From: Anthoceros angustus
Lineage: Eukaryota > Plantae > Anthocerotophyta
Reading direction: 5' to 3'
Length of the DNA stretch: 64,000 bases
NCBI GenBank assembly: GCA_010909165.1
Contig: VJWM01000254.1
Span: 1-64,000 of the forward strand
How positions within the stretch are numbered: the first letter of the stretch is position 1; every line of letters starts with the position of its first letter. Made by a program: the position numbers and the translations under genes. Positions 21,913 to 35,191 of the stretch are shown piece by piece. The notes under the pieces were generated by a model, which saw nothing but the letters and a program-made list of their open reading frames with translations, had not been told where the DNA came from and did no database searches.

Positions 21913-23390
21913 TTTGGGATTTCTGCTTTCTGCTAATGAGCTTCACAGCATCCAGTCTTTCATAGAGCTAATTTTATGGATGAACGTACCATACTTCTAA
22001 AAACATCGATCCTTCTTAAAACGTTCACTCCAGAGTCACAGCAACAAGCATATAGTGAGCATGTTCGGCAAAGTCGTAAAAGTGAGCACAATGGCGAGGA
22101 GGGATCAAGCCTTTTGTACTCCCTTCTTTCCCGTAGTTTTGTTTTCCCTACTATCTTCTTTCCTTTCTTTCTCACCATATATGATATCTTCTACATAAGC
22201 TTGAAGAATGAAAATTGTTGACAATATTAGTCAATATAACTACTTTCCTCTCATACGTGAGCTTGTGTAGTCTAAGCTATATTTGACCTACTCTCCAAAG
22301 GAGTGTCTAATGCTCTTGGAAGATATAAGACTACAATAATATCCATTTGCCTATATGTATTCCAAGTCACATTTAGCATCATGAAGAAAGTTGCTTGGAG
22401 ACTCCCATCTGTGCAAACTTCATATCATCCATGTGCTCTTCAACTACTAAGAGGTCTTCAGGTTTTTCATCACGATTTGTAAATTAGTACAAGTTGATAA
22501 TTAGATGCCAATGTGAAATGGAAGCAACCACTATCTTCCTTTACTTTAATACTAGCTCAAGTCAGTTTGCAGAAGTTAGGTACTGTGGGTTAATATTGAA
22601 AACTTCTATGTGTTATTACCATAAACTGTTATACTATTTCATATCTTTTAAATATTTTTATTGAATAAATTATACATCTTAAATGACCTTGTGAAAATAT
22701 AAATTAGAGCTATTCCTGGACTTCATGAAGTAGACCTGATCTTCTCCATCTGTTGGGCTTCTGGGTGAATTTAACTAGTCGGACTAATAGGAATTGGAGA
22801 GGGATCACACCTCCAAATGCACAACTTCATCCATAATCATTGACAATTAAACTGAAGAAAGGAGCCTTTTGCGTGTTAAAGTAACTTATTGGCTAAAACT
22901 ACAGGATAGCATTGTAAGAGACCTTCTCCAAGCTGCAAACATAATTGATAAAGATATGTTTCTCTTGAAAAACATTCCTTCCTTTAGCTTTGGGCTTTCT
23001 AAAACAATCATACGGACATAACTCTTTGCAATAAATAGAAAAAGGCAAGCATGAAGTCGAAAATGACCTTACCTGAAATCACTAATTTTAAAATAAAATT
23101 TGATTAACAAATGACATGCCCCAAATTTAAATTGTGATATTACATGAGGAAGTTCAAAACTAAATAAACATGGTAGTATGCCTGCATTTCTACGTTTACT
23201 TAATTTGATATTCTAAAATCAAATTGTAATATTCTTATGATTTGAGTACTAGATATCATATCATTTTTATTGTATATCTCTCAATTGTCTCATGTATGAG
23301 AGATCAATACAGCATAGAATAATGAGAAATTGACTAATCCAGAATAACGGGAACGTTGAGCCCCAAAATAACGAAAAATTAACGAGAAAA

Positions 23391-24226
23391 CGACAAGTGC
23401 CAAAACAATAGAAGAAGAAGAAGAAGAATTTTATTTAAGTCCACTAAGGACGGATTTCCGTCATGGGACTTGGTACTTAACAACTTGTACCATGGTTGCC
23501 TAAGCTACTTGCACCAAGGGCATCCATTCCCTTTAGGCACCCCATCTAAGTACCGATCCAAGCTCAGGATGCTTAATCACGGCGTTCTTATAAATGTGTG
23601 TCCATTTGGCCTAGGCCATTTGGACACACATAGGATAACCTCATGCCCCAAAACAATAGGATAACAACATGTCCCTAAACAATAGGATAACCACAAACCC
23701 CAAAAGAATAGGGAAACGACGAGCATTGGTAAAACGGCGAGTTGCTAAATAACGGGAAAACTACGAACCCCAAAGTCATGGAAAAACTACGAACCCCAAA
23801 ATAATGGAAAAGCGACAAGTGCCAAAACAATAGAAGAAGAAGAAGAATTTTATTTAAGTCCACTAAGGACGGATTTAGTCATGGGACTTGGTACTTAACA
23901 ACTTGTACCATGGTTGCCTAAGCTACTTGCACCAAGGGCATCCATTCCTTTAGGCACCCATCTAAGTACCGATCCAAGCTCGGGATGCTTAATCACGGCG
24001 TTCTTATAAATGTGTGTCCATTTGGCCTAGGCCATTTGGACACACATAGGATAACCTCATGCCCCAAAACAATAGGATAACAACATGTCCCTAAACAATA
24101 GGATAACCACAAACCCCAAAAGAATAGGGAAACGACGAGCATTGGTAAAACGGCGAGTTGCTAAATAACGGGAAAACTACGAACCCCAAAGTCATGGAAA
24201 AACTACGAACCCCAAAATAATGGAAA
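23391..24226. repeat. ~420 bp direct tandem duplication
   Basis: CGACAAGTGCCAAAACAATAGAAGAAG... starts at 23391 and 23813; copies near-identical. Confidence 0.9.
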
Positions 24227-24296
24227 AAGAAAACGATGACCCCAGGGAAAAATGCGAGTCACATAATAATCGGAAAACTATGAGTCCTAAAATAAT

Positions 24297-24825
24297 GGCT
24301 AGGCCTAAATATCGGTTCGCGGTACGGCTGGCGAACATGCCATGCCATGAGCATGGCCTTCCTCTCCCTGCCCCTCTCTCTCGTATCCGGCAACCCAGCG
24401 GCCGACCCACCGAGTGGGAACTAATTCAAGTTCCGTCGTCACGAATCAGTAGCTACACTCAGCACGATACAAAGTCGAACTTCGTCAAGACGCATTGAAA
24501 GAAAATTTCCCTCCACCAGCCTCAGGCGCAAAATGACAATGCGCTACAACCTCATCCATCACGGGCACGATCAATATCGTGCATCCTCCCGACCGGTCTT
24601 TCAACTCTTACGCGTGCCTTGAGCAGAGCTCTCTCCGCTCTCGTTCTCAAGCGAGCGAAGGCGGCGATTATGAGCGGCGGAACTTGAATTAATTTCCCAT
24701 TGCTCCCGGTGGCTCGGTCACGGGTTGGCATAGATAAGAGAGAGAGGAGTAGGGAGAGGAAGGCCATGCTCATGGCATGGGGTTCGCCAGGCCGTACCCT
24801 GGCGAACCGATATTTAGGCATAGCC
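24297..24825. mobile_element. Non-autonomous Mutator-like element (MULE/MITE)
   Basis: ~150 bp TIRs starting GGCTA(G/T)GCCTAAATATCGGTTCGC; perfect 9 bp TSD TAAAATAAT at 24288-24296 and 24826-24834. Confidence 0.88.
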
Positions 24826-24834
24826 TAAAATAAT

Positions 24835-25247
24835 AAGAAACTGGCCATCCCTAGAACAACGGGAAACGGCGAGCTCTAGAACAAAAGAAAACCGACGAGC
24901 TCTAGAGTAAGAAAAACTGACCAGCTCTATCCTAAGAGAAGACCGGCGAGCCCCAGAATAATGGTAAATCAGCGAGCCCCAAAATAATGGGAAATGAGCG
25001 AGCCCAAAATAACGGGAGATCGACGAGCCCCAGAATAACGGGAAATCGACGAGCCCCAAAATAACGGGAAATCAGCAAGCCCAGAATAACGGAGATCGAG
25101 CCCCAAAATAATGGAAATCGTGAGCCCCGAATAACGAAATCGAGCCCCAAAATAGCAGAAATCAGCAAGCCGAATAACGGAGATCGTGAGCCCCAAAATA
25201 ATGGGAAATCGGCGAGCCCCAGAATAATGGGAAATCAGCGAGCCCCA
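24835..25247 (+). repeat. Minisatellite, ~25 bp unit GAGCCCCA(A/G)AATAA(C/T)GGGAAATC..
   Basis: About 16 degenerate head-to-tail units; related units recur at about 27475-27720. Confidence 0.9.
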
Positions 25248-25612
25248 GTTTGGAGTTTTCCTGTTATTCAGCAACTCACCGTTTTACCAATGGTCATCGT
25301 TTCCCTATTCTTTTGGAGCTTGTGGTTATCCTATTGTTTTGGGACTTGTGGTTATCCTATTGTTTTGGGGCATGTGGTTATCCTATTGTTTTGGGGCATG
25401 TGGTTATCCTATTGTTTTGGGGCATGTGGTTATCCTATTGTTTTGGCACTTGTCGTTTTCTCGTTAATTTGGTGCTCGTCGTTTTTCCCATATTTTTGGG
25501 CTCATCGTTTTCCGGTTAATTTGAGGCTCGTCATTTTTCAGTTATTTTGGGGCTCAACCCTAGCGCAAACTAGTGGCGCTCACAAGACTTTGCAACACTA
25601 CAAGATATTCTC

Positions 25613-25846
25613 AAACTTGTCTCAATATTCATGAAAATGGTGCATCATGATGTCTTTATATAGGTTTTCGTAATCAAATAAAAAGTGATCAGCATGAAGT
25701 AGAAGAGAGAAAGTGACAATGCCCAAAACTATGTCTCAATATTCATGAAAATGGTGCATCATGATGTCTTTATATAGGTTGTCGTAATCAAATAAAAAGT
25801 GATCAGCATGAAGTAGAAGAGAGAAAGTGACAATGCCCAAAACTAT
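25613..25846. repeat. ~115 bp tandem duplication
   Basis: TGTCTCAATATTCATGAAAATGGTGCATC...GCCCAAAACTA occurs twice. Confidence 0.9.
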
Positions 25847-25999
25847 TAATTTAAGATCAATGAGGTTTCATCCCATTTGATTGACAAACGACATATCCTA
25901 TATTTAAATTGTGATATTACAAGAGGAAGTACAAAACAAAATAAGCTTGATATGTATCTGTTTTTTATTCTAGTCCATTATAAACTATTTACTAGATAT

Positions 26000-27420
26000 G
26001 CATATGTACAATGAGACATATTGAGGACCTCCCTTTGCTGGAGGATGCTCAGGTGGCCTTTGGAATCCTTTCCTTCTGTTTCGCTAGGCGCCCTGGGTAC
26101 CTCATCCGTCTGTTGCCTCGTCTCGGTCCTTTTGTCCGGCTCGGGGTTTGATCTGAAGATTATGGATACTCTTGGGGACATCTTGGGCTCGGGGCTTTTG
26201 AGTGCCACAGGGGCGACTGGCCCAGCAAGCATCCACTGCAATTTGGGCGTGGGGCTCTCATCGGAGGTCTCTTCCCCGGCGGCTTTCTTGGGGAGTTGGG
26301 CCCTCTGCCTGCCTTGGCTTCCGTTTCATCCTCCATGACAAGCCCTTTCTCGAGGATCTCGTATCAAGTGTGGAGGAGGAACCTTCTCTCTCCAGTCGTC
26401 CTTGAGGCAGGCGAGACATGTTATCGGCGGATGCTCGGAAGGACTTCCCTCCTTTCTCTACATTTATCACTGATGGCTTTAGGGGATTGCAGGCATCTCT
26501 ACTCGAGAAGCAGCTCGGCCAGGCTTTTAAGTCATCCTCCGGGACCCCTCCATCTCCAGTCCACTAGGCGGCTCGCTCTTGTTGCAGGAAGGAGGCGGTG
26601 CCAGCTCTTGGCCCGCCCATGCATACGGGATTTCACATCGCACCAACCACCTTCACTCTGCGATGCGATTCCGTCTCGGCCTACTCCGGCTGTGGCTTCT
26701 TCGCTCCTCACTTGTGAGTGCGGCTCTGCCCTTAGCGTCTCGGTGTCCACCTTGCTCGTTGTCCCCAGTCATCGCATTGCCACTCACGATGCCATCCGTG
26801 GCGTCATGTTTGCCATTGCTCGCGAAAGTGGCTATATGGCTGGAGGCGGGAGTATACTCTTCTTCTGGTCGTTCAATCGAGGCGGACTTATACCTTGTCG
26901 TGGCGACGGTTGTGGTGGCGGATGTAGTGGTTCTGACCACGCGTGGCGCCACCTCCGCCCAGTCATCCTGCCGTCAGTGGGCTGCCGTCTGGCTCTCAAG
27001 GTCCATAAGTATAGCGAGGATGCAAGCGGGCCACCTCTTTATCCGCTTGCTCTAAAGCGTATGGGGCAATGGTGAGGACTTTGACAAATTCATCAAGTCT
27101 TGTGCCAAAGCTTACCATCTTGTGAGCATAGTCTTGTCCCCTCTCGTACTTCACATACTTCCGGCGGGTTTCTATTGCTCTTCAGCGCTCTCAGCGATTC
27201 TCCATAAGGCGGCGGTGGGTGATGCCTTTTCCTCTTCCTCCGTGGTTTGCGGGCCGTTTATTCTACACGCATATGACATTGTGGGTGCGATTGGTCACTT
27301 TAGGTAGGAAGCTCAGTTGCTCCTCTTCACTCCGACCCCCGGGTCCCCATTTGTTGTCCCCTCCTAGATGGTCTCTTTCCATCGTTCTTTCACCTCAATA
27401 AATCATCTTTTTTTTTTTTA
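26000..27420 (+). mobile_element. 5'-truncated non-LTR retrotransposon with restriction-like endonuclease (CRE/R2-like), degenerate
   Basis: CECG...HLARC zinc knuckle, HRIATHDAIR, ADL/ADVVV, KVHKY and LYPLAL motifs in RLE order; ends AATAAA followed by poly(T) at ~27408-27419. Confidence 0.75.
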
Positions 27421-28479
27421 ACAATGAGAGGGCGAGATGCGTAGAATGATTTCATGTGTGGGAGATTAGCATGTCACGAGATAACGGGGAAATGACGAAC
27501 TCAAGAATAATGAAAAATGGTAAACCCCAAAATAACTATAAAACGGTGTGCCCTAAAATAACTAAAAACTGGCGAGCCCTAGAATAGTGGAAACCGGCGG
27601 GCCCTAAAATAACGGGAAACTAACTCAGGATAATGCGCAACCGAAGAGCCCTAGAATAATTGGAGCCAACCTTTGAAGATTTTTCTAAGAATAACGAGAA
27701 GTCAGCGAGCCCCATAACGATGAGATTGACCCTTGCTGATTTTTCTTGTTAGCCAAACAGGAAAAGTAAAATGAGCAAGTAAGACCGCTCCTAGTATCTC
27801 TCTTGAAATTGAATTAAATTCAATTGGAAACGGTATTATAGCGTATACATTTAACATTAGTAGGGGTAACTATGAAGAATTTATTTTTCTACCATCCGAA
27901 AAATGAATAAATATATTATTTATAGAAATTTATGTTAAATAAATTGAATAATAATCTACTAGACCGTATATTAAATTTTATGAATAAAATGCTACTTCCC
28001 TCTATTGTACCTTCAATCCTAAGTTTCAATTTCAATTCTAAAGATCTTGTTGGATCATGAACTCAAATAAAAACCATGGTGAGTTTCAATTCCGAAGATC
28101 ATGTTGGATTCTGTTGCTTCAAGTTAATCCAATCTGAATTCCAATTTTGGAGATCTTGTTTAGGGTTTAAGAATAAGGTCCCTAAGGATTCCAATTCTGA
28201 TGTCTTGTTAGATTGAAAACCGAAATGAAACAGCTATAAGTATCATTTTTAGCAGGTCTCAAATTTTGTTAGATCAAAAGCTCAATCGAAAAACTCTAAG
28301 TAGATCAAAAGCTTAAATGAAACCACTCTAAGAGTAAGGAGACATGCAACCTTGTGCTACTTTGAGGCCTAATGTTGGTGTGTTGTGATGTTGTTGCTTC
28401 TAACTGTGTGTCTGCCCCAAAGGTGTTGACTGCAAGTCATCCTACGCAAGGATAGCTGCCCTAGAGGTGTTGACTAGGG

Positions 28480-28955
28480 GTCATGTCGTGGAAAGATAGC
28501 AGGCTACTGGGAGGTCTAGTGGGCTACTTGGAGATATAGTGGGTCTAAGTGGAGGTCTAGTGGGCTACTTGGAGGTCTAGAGGTCTAGTGTCTTGTGGTG
28601 TTTTTCCTTCTAATTGCGGGCTACTTGGAAGTCTAGTGTTGTGTCTTGTGGTGTTGTTTGCTTGTGGTGTTTTTGCTTCTAACTACGGGTTACTTATTGC
28701 TTCTCCCTGCGTGCCTGCCCCACCTCCCCATTCAGCAGGTCTCTAAAATTCGTTTGCAACAGCCCTAAAATTCATTTTTAACAAGTCTTTAAGTAAAATA
28801 AACAGTAAAAGTAAACCCTCGAGGCCTACCCACGACCACCCAAACAGGAACAGGAGACCCAAACACGAACAGGAGAAGACTACCCAAACACGAACAGGAA
28901 AAGACTACTCAAACACGAACAGGCGAAAACAATCCACGACTACCCAAACACGACA
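28480..28955. repeat. Short degenerate tandem repeats (GGTCTAGTGGGCTACTTGGA; CCCAAACACGAACAGGA)
   Basis: Repeated units visible at 28505-28640 and 28838-28953. Confidence 0.7.
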
Positions 28956-29773
28956 GTAAGGGGTGTATGCAGTACCCCAGAAGGAGAAGGGAAGGGGTCT
29001 ATGCAGACCCACTTATACACTAGGCAGGTTTCACTCACTCTACAGAATCATCCACCGAGAGAGCATTCCTGGTGGCGTGTATCCGACTTCGTGCCACGAG
29101 AGCATTCCTGGTGGCGTGTATCCGACTTCGTGTGGCACGGAATAGCTGAGAGCCCTTGAATGCAACATGTGCGACTCAAATCACACCTACATTACAAACA
29201 GAATGTGAACATCCACCTGTCACACAGGCTGCGCTACAACAAAAGATGCACGAGACACGCGGCACATCGACACCTTCCCACCTGCCAAACTGCGTAAACT
29301 ACAAGTTCTATCTTATGACAGTCAAGATTCACAGTAGCTGTTCAGAAAACATGCATTAACCAGCACCGCTACCACCATGCTACGAGAAATACAAGGATAT
29401 ATCCAATGCAAGAATTTTTTTATATACATCCACTGTAGTAGATCATAGATCCTAGCTAGTAGCAAATCAGTGACAAAGTCCTTACACAGTGCCTGAACAA
29501 CCACCTGCAATCCGCCTAGCAATTTTGCATTGCAGGTTTCCGTAACCTAGTCTCATCCTCTATGTCACACTCGTGGGACAGCAGCAGGATAGCAAGATGG
29601 CGATAAGCTCCGGACAATATACCACGCAAGCGGTGGAACTGCACAGACAATGCCGAGAGTGCTCCCACACCCAGCACTCAGTTGCCTTCCTGCATTGAAA
29701 TTTGCATATCCCCAGCTACAACTACGCCACTCGATAACCTGGCTCAGAAACGGACCAACTTGATTGGGGGCCC

Positions 29774-31622
29774 TTATTCACAGGCTAGCTTTGTGTCAAA
29801 GCTACTCAGACATATGGCAAATGCTTGAAATGCTGAAAGCGGGTAGCGATAATCCATGGTGAACATATCCTTCCCAATTTTGCCAAACTGTAGCAACACC
29901 TTGTCATGGTCACTTTGGGAGACAGTTTGCGCAGGCTCCGTGGCTGCCACCAGCTGAAAGTTCTTCACAGAAGCAACTGTAACTCGTCCACGGAAATTTA
30001 AGCACCAGCACTGGAGCTGTTCATGCCACCTAGGAGCCTTATTCTTCAACACCAGAGGTCCATCCTTGCTGGGACCTGCAGGCATACACTCGTCAACAGC
30101 ACTGCAATCAGCCACAGCTGACTTATTCTTTGGAGACGACAATGTAGGTAGAGGCTCATCCACAGCAGGGGTAAACTCCGTAGGAGTGGGTGCACTTCCT
30201 CCTGATTCCATAGCGGAACATGGTATAGTATGCAGGGTACATTGCATACGCCTGGGCCCACGAGTCCCAAGAACATTTAACTCGTACGAAATATGAGCCA
30301 CGTTGTAACTTCCAGCCGGAACTCGAGGTGCAACTCTTTTAGACCCAATGCGTCGAACTCCACGATTTGCTGAGGCAATAGCTCCACTATGAGGAGGCTG
30401 GCTATCATAAATCGTAAATTTGGTGCCTAGGAAGTTTGACCTGCCATGCCACTGTCATCAGCTCTAGTCTTCCAAGCATTCACTGCACCACATCAACTAA
30501 CTCAGGGTAGCTCACAAAAAACACAATAGTTGGCAAGGAACACATGAGGAGGCCTCACCTCAGTTTACCAACATAAGTATTGCTTCCTCGTGACATGTCG
30601 TCCGCATCAAGTGAGATTATGTAGTCGGTGCTGGTAGCCCTCCTCACCTTGCGTGCCGCCAAGAGAAACTTCCCAGAATCCAGCAGAGCTAGTTGATGGA
30701 AAGAATATGCACAGTGAGTGGCGTGGTCATGACAAGGTAACGAAAAACTGAGAAACAGACTGCTGCGCTGTCCAGAGATTCCGCAGTCAAGAAGGAATCC
30801 AAGTTGTGTTTTTCCCACAACAGATTGGAAATCAAATAAAGGACCTCCTCGGGAGATGAAACAAAATGGTGAATTTCAGGAGAACTAGCTACGACTCGGC
30901 AAAACAAGGACCAGAACCAGACCAGCAGTTAGAGATAACTCACTAGGTGGCAAGCCCAGATACAGGTGATAAGTTGATGTGGTCCTGTCCCGTCGTATGA
31001 AGCACTGCACAGACTCTTTCCGAGGTCCAGGCTGCAGAAAACCATCCCCAAACGGCATCAGGGGAGCGTTGGCGGGAGAACGGTATGCACAACCAAAGTT
31101 CTAGAGACCCCCAAAACCAGCTTGCCGCACAACAAAAACATGCTTTCACGAGTGCGAAAAAAGTGCACAAGTGCAACCTCCACTGACGGCAAAGCGCCGC
31201 GCCACACAAACAATAGCCCCACTCACTTGCTTCAGAGATATAGGGAACGTCAATTTCCCAGACTGCTCCGGAGTCTTGACAAGCTCCTTGGTGATCTCCC
31301 GCCAGCTGCTGCAGACGGCGGCACATGCCACGACATGCTTCCTGCAGGGCCACGTGCCCTCGCTCAACTCCACCCGCTGAATGACATCCCTAAGCAGCTC
31401 CGGCGGCATGTTCGCCCAGCAGCTCTGTTGCGGCGGCCTCATGTCATACTTCACCGAACTGCTATCGTCCAGCACCACGCTACACGACCGAGCCCTGCTG
31501 TGGCCAGAAAGCGCTTTCACGTCGAAGCTCCGCCTCGACATGCTCCCTATTCCCCCCTTAATCTCCTGAAACTCCCGGATAAGGCTCTTGAGCGGAGTCA
31601 TGGACACCTTTTGGTTCGACAT
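29774..31622 (-). CDS. Tubby-like F-box protein (TLP), 4 exons
   Basis: F-box [13 protein letters not shown]...[11 protein letters not shown]; LTFPISLKQ|PGPR; GKFLLAARK; Tub domain [31 protein letters not shown]...FDTKLACE*. Exons about 31622(or 31601)-31227, 31031-30944, 30688-30558 and 30440-29774. Confidence 0.97.
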
Positions 31623-32884
31623 TATTTGGAATTCCACCCGACCCCTGCTAAACGCGCGCCATCCTCCCCCAACCCCAAACCCCAACTCCTACTCCCCGTT
31701 CCGTTCACGTTCCGTTCCTGCCGCACCACACCAAGACCCTACCCCTCACCCAGCCGCCACCCCGCTCCCTCCCGCCCGGCTCCATCCCCCGCCCAGTCAA
31801 ACCAAACCCGGCCCCGCCTCCGCGGCCCCTCCTAGGCCATGCTCCGCTGCATCATGCAACACAAAACCACACAACCGCGACCTTTGAGCAAGAACAAGCA
31901 CCCTAGCTCCTCCTCACACTCCTCCCGCCCGGAATGCACCAGATCCAGGCGGCTCCCACGCCCGAGCTCAGGCGCCTCCTACCGCATCAAAAACCTCACA
32001 ACGCAGCAGCGCCGGCACGGGCAGCGGCAACCTCACCTCGCGCAATGCGGCCGCCACAGCGCCGAGCTCTCCGTGCGATTGCAAGCCCTAGGCTAGGCCG
32101 GCCCCAGCTCTCCCGCACCTTCCGCGCAGCTTCCCCGGCAGACGGGGGGCGCATTCGGCGGCTCCTCTGCTGCAGCAACTCGTGCAGCTGGTGCTGGTAC
32201 TGCGGGTGCTGCGCTCTGCTCCCGGCGCGGGCTCGTCCCGATGCTCGCGGGCTCGCTGGGCTGGGCTTGTTCGGGGTTCGGGGCACTGCTGGCCTTGGCC
32301 TGCCTGCGGCCGTCGTCGTCCTCGGTGTCCTCTCCGCTCCTCTCCTCTCCTCTCTCCCCTTCCCGTCCCGGGCCTGCCTCTGCGGAGCGACAGGGCTACA
32401 CGCGGCCCCGCACGCGCGTCTGGCACCGCGGGCCAGGCGCCCGGCTAGGCCTGCTGCTCGCCCCCGCGTGCTGCTGCGTGGAAAGCCTCGTGGTCTCTGC
32501 ACGCTGCCCCTTAACCCGTGGTGGAGTCGAGTTACCTCCAGTTGGCACCGCTCCCCGTAAACGCACTACCCGATGCCTTTTCTCCTACAGGGGAAGGGGA
32601 AGAGGATGGGATCCCCTCCAAGGTCCAGGATGAGGAGATATTTCGCTTTGGATTGGTATATGCCCACGCCTCGGGCTCATCCCGCTTCTTCCTCCTCGCC
32701 CGCGTTTACGTACTAGGGGGCCTGTTCCACTATTTCGTGTTAGCTACTCTAACTTGCACTGATTAAATCAACCATCTACGGTGTTTCCAAGCTACATACC
32801 ACCCCTGGCTACATGTTCTAGTGGGGAAGAGTGAAGAGTATGTGAATTCATAATTGCGTGTGAATTCTTGCCTGTGCCGGTGTC

Positions 32885-33028
32885 ACCTTTTGGTTGCTGG
32901 TCTTACTTTGGCACCTCTTTCCTCCATCCTTATGCTGGTATGGGATGCCTTCATGACATTTGGTTGCTGGTCTTACTTTGGCACCTCTTTCCTCCATCCT
33001 TATGCTGGTATGGGATGCCTTCATGACA
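32885..33028. repeat. ~70 bp tandem duplication; a further ~50 bp duplication at 33247-33345
   Basis: TTTGGTTGCTGGTCTTACTTTGGCACCTCTTTCCTCCATCCTTATGCTGGTATGGGATGCCTTCATGACA occurs twice. Confidence 0.85.
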
Positions 33029-35191
33029 AGCTTTGGACTGGAATTTCGTAGTTTGTATAAAATCTTGGTAAAATATGGCATATGAGCCTTGGCCCAAGGA
33101 ATCGCAAATGTGTGGTGGTGTAGAATCTTGAAGGATTTGTAAGGGCTAGGCTAGCTCTTGTAGCTTAGTGGTCACTGTGTATGATAGTGTGAGAGTGGTG
33201 TGTGTGGGAGGTTTGCCTTAGAATGTAAGTGCTGGGACTGAAGGATATTGATGCTCATACTATATAAAGTATTTCAAGGAGATCCTCTGTAAGTTTGTTG
33301 ATGCTCATACTATGTAAAGTATTTCAAGGAGATCCTCTATAAGTTACGAGAGTTCTTGGAGATGTCTTATGAAAGCTTGTTATGTGAGATTGCCTAGTTG
33401 GTTGGGCTTAACATGTATCTTAGTATAAGCTTGAGTACAATAAGATTGAGTTTACAAACCTTGTTTATCAAGACAAGCAAATTTAAGTGTTATATAAGAG
33501 AGAAGAGTAGACGTTATTAATAGGCAAGATGGGGAATCCCATCTACCCCTGAAGACCGAGGAGGAACAACCCAAAAAGGGCTAATAGTAAAAGGGGAAGT
33601 CCTAGTCCCCTCGAATGCCTTTCCCCATAAGTGTTATATTGTTAGATGGGGATTTGGCCTCAAAAGTGTTCTTCTATGAGACATGACGTTTTAAAAACTT
33701 TTCTACATTATAGCTACCAAGCACAGGGCTTACATATTTAGATGGGGATGATGACTGTGAGATTATGATTGTGAGAAATATTATCATTGCTTTGTGTTCA
33801 TATATCAGCCATCCCTACCTTGTTTTTTTCTTTATGTATCTTATGATATCATTATGGATAATTAAGGAGTGGAAGAATAAAATAAATAAGCAAAAGTCCA
33901 TGCCAAATAAAAACAGGAAAAAGTGTAAAATATGTACGGAACTTGGAACTAGGTGTGTCCAGAATGCATAGGCTATCAGGAATGAATGGTTATCAAGTGC
34001 TAGAGATTGAATACAAGGCGAATAAGACCCAGTCATGTTCTCGTATCCAATTTGATGGACACAAGTGTTTGGACTGGTTCCACACATCGAAACAGGCATC
34101 AAAGCCCATGGATTGGGTTGTTGTTCGGATGTGGTTGGTTGGGTAGGGGCGTCGGAGGGTGACTTGACACGACGGGATCGTGTCCATTTTATGTAGTATT
34201 AAATTGCGAATCTGATGTCAGGGTTGCAGGCCGTCTCCCAGTCGCCAAGCCGGTTATCGACTCGACTCCGCACCAACACGCGTGACGACTGTGACTGTCC
34301 TCTGCCGCGCACTAACACTTTGTTTGTACCACAGTACACTTTCTTTCTGCGAATGCATTCCTCCCCCTTTTTTTATTTTTGAATCTCGTACGTCGTTTCC
34401 CAGCCACCCCACGCGGTCCTGCTGCTTCCATTCCCTCCACTGGTGCAGCTGTGATTGCTGCTCCTCTCTGCACTCGCGCTGCTCCGGCGGAGGGGTTTGC
34501 TGGAACGCTTCCGATCTGCTGCCGTTTACGCTCAGCTTGGCCCCAGACGCAGCCTGCTCAGCTTGTCGTGGCCTGTGTCTTGTGGAGTGTTGCGGACATC
34601 CTGCTTGATCAGAGGTCGGAAGAGCTGGCCGCGCTGCCGGAGGACGTCGCGGCGTGAAGCTTGGAGGTGGCGGCTGCTGTCGGAAGGGAGATCTGCTTGG
34701 AGATGCGGTCGTCGCTTCTGCCAAGACCAGGATCTGGTTTTCCACGATTCACTGGCAGGTGACGGTATCTCGCTTCTGTCCGTACGTCGTGCTTGCGAGT
34801 GAAGTAGCAGGAGTGTGACGGAGAGGCGTCAGTGGAGGGGATGTTCATCTGGAGACGAGTGTGGGAGCAAGAGCTTCGGTGATTGTTTGGATCGGTGAAC
34901 TGGATGGTTACTTGGGAGCGGGAGTTGCTCCTGGACTGTCGATCCGACATTTCCAACCCTAACCCTGTCCTGGCCGGGAAGACGGTACCTTTTTAGAGGC
35001 TTAGAGCCAGTGATTCCTTTCTCAGATTTGAGCTATTTGTGTCTCGTAAATTGCGGCGATTGTTACAGTTGTTTGGGAGAATAGACTTCCTACTTGATCG
35101 AAGACCTCTGCGCACTCTGCAGACTGAATTAGTGGATTGCAACTCATTTAAGCTGGACAATTCAGGTTCAGACTCGAACAAGTTGCCTACC

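Larger units (their letters stand above)
23340..25560. mobile_element. Foldback-like repeat: inverted arms built from ~25 bp subrepeats
   Basis: 25250-25560 is the reverse complement of blocks in 23355-23410 and 23640-23765 (e.g. CCCCAAAACAATAGGATAACC vs GGTTATCCTATTGTTTTGGGG). Confidence 0.6.

Noticed and set aside
24835-25450. CRISPR-like regular short repeats
   Set aside because: Eukaryotic context, head-to-tail degenerate units with no unique spacers, and no cas genes; this is a minisatellite.
31839-32766. Overlapping Arg/Pro/Ala-rich ORFs upstream of the TLP gene
   Set aside because: GC-rich 5' UTR or promoter sequence produces stop-poor spurious ORFs.
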